Positions 15,955 to 17,643 of a stretch of DNA of 17,643 bases are shown one piece after another; the first letter of the stretch is position 1, and every line of letters starts with the position of its first letter. The notes below the pieces were generated by a model. That model saw only the letters and a program-made list of their open reading frames with translations. It was not told the origin of the DNA and did no database searches. This DNA is from an uncultured bacterium (lineage in GTDB: Bacteria; SAR324; NAC60-12), in assembly GCA_965662235.1 (NCBI GenBank), contig CBFIGY010000047.1, positions 1-17,643 on the forward strand, written 5' to 3'. Position numbers and translations under genes: made by a program.

Positions 15955-17142
15955 TTACGGTCGTGCTGACTCCGGACCCGGAATGGCCACCCGGAAGCCT
16001 CCGGTTGTGCTGGGGTCCTTCGCTCCGAACTGACGACGTCCGGTGCAGCGGAGCAGGCTGGTGCGGCCATCCTTCGTCATCCAGCTTCCCCCTCTTCCGT
16101 AGCGCATTCCCGGAAAATCCTCGATCAGGGGATTGTCCGTACGGTCCAGAACCATCTTGTAGCCCCATCCGGAGGTGATGCCGTCATAGGTCCACTCCCA
16201 GAGGTTCCCGGTCATGTCATACAGCCCGAGCGCGTTGGGGGCAAAGCTACCGACGGGAGAGGTCTTCATCTTGCCGCCATACTGAGCCTCCTGCTGGGTG
16301 AGCCGGTCCTTTCCGGTGCCATAGCGCACGCTCTTTCCCCCCTCACGGCAGGCGTACTCCCACTCTGCTTCCGTGGGCAGACGAAAGGCGTGTTGCCCCT
16401 GATGAGATTCCTGCAGGCGCTGCATGAAGACCTGGGTGTCCTCCCAACTCACCAGCATCACCGGAAGGTCCGGGCCTCGGAAAACCGGAGCCATGACCTT
16501 GGCCTCTTGCTCCATGATCTTCTCCCACTGAGCCTGAGTGACCTCCGTGGTGGAAAGCCAGTAATCCCCCAGCGTGACCTGCCGGCTGGGACGTTCCTGA
16601 GGTCCCCCAGATTTGGAAACATCCCCCATCTCGAAAGTACCCCCAGGAATCCGGACAAACGTCAACCCCGTGTTGGGCTCCAGCCACTCGGCTCCCAATC
16701 CGGAAGCCGTGGTTTCAGCAGCGGGCTCTGCCGCTGAAGCTGCCGCTGCCACGGACGGCTGAGCTGAGGAAGGTGCTACTGAAGCTCCGGAGGCGTTCTC
16801 CGCTCCGCCGTCCCACGACTCGAAACGCTCCTGCGCCTGAGTCCTCAGGTCTTCGTCTTCCAGCGAGTACGGATTGTCTTCTGCAAAAGCGCTGAGAAAC
16901 CTCCCCCAGGCCTCTGCCTTCAGCGCGGTTCGGGCCTGCTTTTGCTCAAAGGCCTGCACCTGGGCAAAGGCGGACTTCATCTGCTGCTGATAACCTTCCC
17001 AGTAGCCTCCTTGCTGGGCTTCCTGGACCGCCTGTGCTTCCAGGTCCTCAATGGAGAAGGCGGGCGGCTCTTGCGCCTGAACGACCTGAGCAAGGAGCAG
17101 GCTGAGCATGAAGGTTTGCGAGAAAGACGTGAGCTTGGACAT
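15955..17142 (-). CDS. Secreted FGE-sulfatase (SUMF1/EgtB/PvdO-like) domain protein
   Basis: Signal peptide (..LLLAQVVQA), helical N-terminal domain, Ala/Ser/Pro-rich linker, then FVRIPGGTFEMG, TEVTQAQW, VSWED, RLPTEAEWEYACR, PNALGLYDMTGNLWEW, RGGSW and GFRV. Confidence 0.9.
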   Translation of the reverse strand: MSKLTSFSQTFMLSLLLAQVVQAQEPPAFSIEDLEAQAVQEAQQGGYWEGYQQQMKSAFAQVQAFEQKQARTALKAEAWGRFLSAFAEDNPYSLEDEDLRTQAQERFESWDGGAENASGASVAPSSAQPSVAAAASAAEPAAETTASGLGAEWLEPNTGLTFVRIPGGTFEMGDVSKSGGPQERPSRQVTLGDYWLSTTEVTQAQWEKIMEQEAKVMAPVFRGPDLPVMLVSWEDTQVFMQRLQESHQGQHAFRLPTEAEWEYACREGGKSVRYGTGKDRLTQQEAQYGGKMKTSPVGSFAPNALGLYDMTGNLWEWTYDGITSGWGYKMVLDRTDNPLIEDFPGMRYGRGGSWMTKDGRTSLLRCTGRRQFGAKDPSTTGGFRVAIPGPESARP

Positions 17143-17350
17143 ATAAGCCGTGCCAGTTGTTGTAAGGGTGGTGTCAGGATGGGGACGCGACGTTCACTTC
17201 CTCTGGATCGAGGAGGACCGGGACCCCTTCGACCTGAAGGTCCGCCTCTCCCACTGTCAGGGAGTCGAGGAAAAAAACAAGGGCTGAACCTTGCCATATT
17301 CTCAGGGGACGGGCAAGTCTGGATTGTCCGTGGGACTGAATCTAGTTGTC

Positions 17351-17383
17351 ATTATAAATTTATTTTACGGAAAAATTTTCCGT
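17351..17383 (-). promoter_or_regulatory. Candidate promoter (perfect TATAAT on the minus strand) with an adjacent palindromic operator
   Basis: ATTATA at 17351-17356 reads TATAAT on the minus strand. ACGGAAAA-A-TTTTCCGT at 17367-17383 is a perfect 8-bp inverted repeat. Both lie in a conspicuously AT-rich patch, upstream of the FGE-domain gene. Confidence 0.5.
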
Positions 17384-17643
17384 TGAGCTTTACTGCGAAG
17401 ATGAAAATGGGTCGGGGGAGTTCCGGACAATCGGAAACCTGATGGTCGGAGAGCTTCCCCCATGCTTTCGCTTGGGCTTTGCTGGAAAAGGTCTTTGTTT
17501 GGGTAGGTATCCGCGGACAGTGACTTTGACGCGGTAACGGGCGCCAGACTGGCGTTTGCGAGGTTCAATGTGCCTGACATTGCCTTGAAGAGGGGTTTGA
17601 AATCTTCAAGCAACCCAAGCGATCTTCAGTGGTGACGTTCCCC

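Noticed and set aside
17365..17613. 82-aa minus-strand ORF
   Set aside because: TTG start without a convincing SD, no recognisable motif, an in-frame stop just upstream, and overlap with the putative operator.
15955..17643. Diversity-generating retroelement targeting the FGE/C-lectin C-terminus
   Set aside because: No reverse transcriptase, no avd gene and no second copy of the 3' region (template repeat) seen in the window. A remote DGR cannot be excluded.

Overview
Gene-dense, GC-rich bacterial window with a solute uptake and catabolism theme. Left to right: the 3' end of a membrane-anchored hypothetical protein; a solo TerB-like protein; a small secreted hypothetical (minus); a co-oriented block of Zn-dependent alcohol dehydrogenase, mandelate racemase/MLE-family enolase, tandem universal stress protein and BCCT transporter; a convergent tctCBA tripartite tricarboxylate transporter operon; a PhyH-family Fe(II)/2-oxoglutarate dioxygenase; a large soluble histidine kinase with eight PAS domains and no response regulator in the window; a homocysteine S-methyltransferase-family enzyme; and a secreted FGE-sulfatase (SUMF1)-domain protein. 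I saw no rRNA, tRNA, CRISPR array or mobile element. The best candidate for an undescribed system is the ADH-enolase-USP-BCCT block: its enolase lacks two canonical catalytic Asp residues and may act on an unknown betaine-like substrate. Other oddities are an apparent ATC start codon for tctA, a Cys-x16-His pair repeated in three PAS domains, and a Cys-to-His change at a Zn ligand of the methyltransferase. All assignments come from motif recognition by eye; no searches were run.
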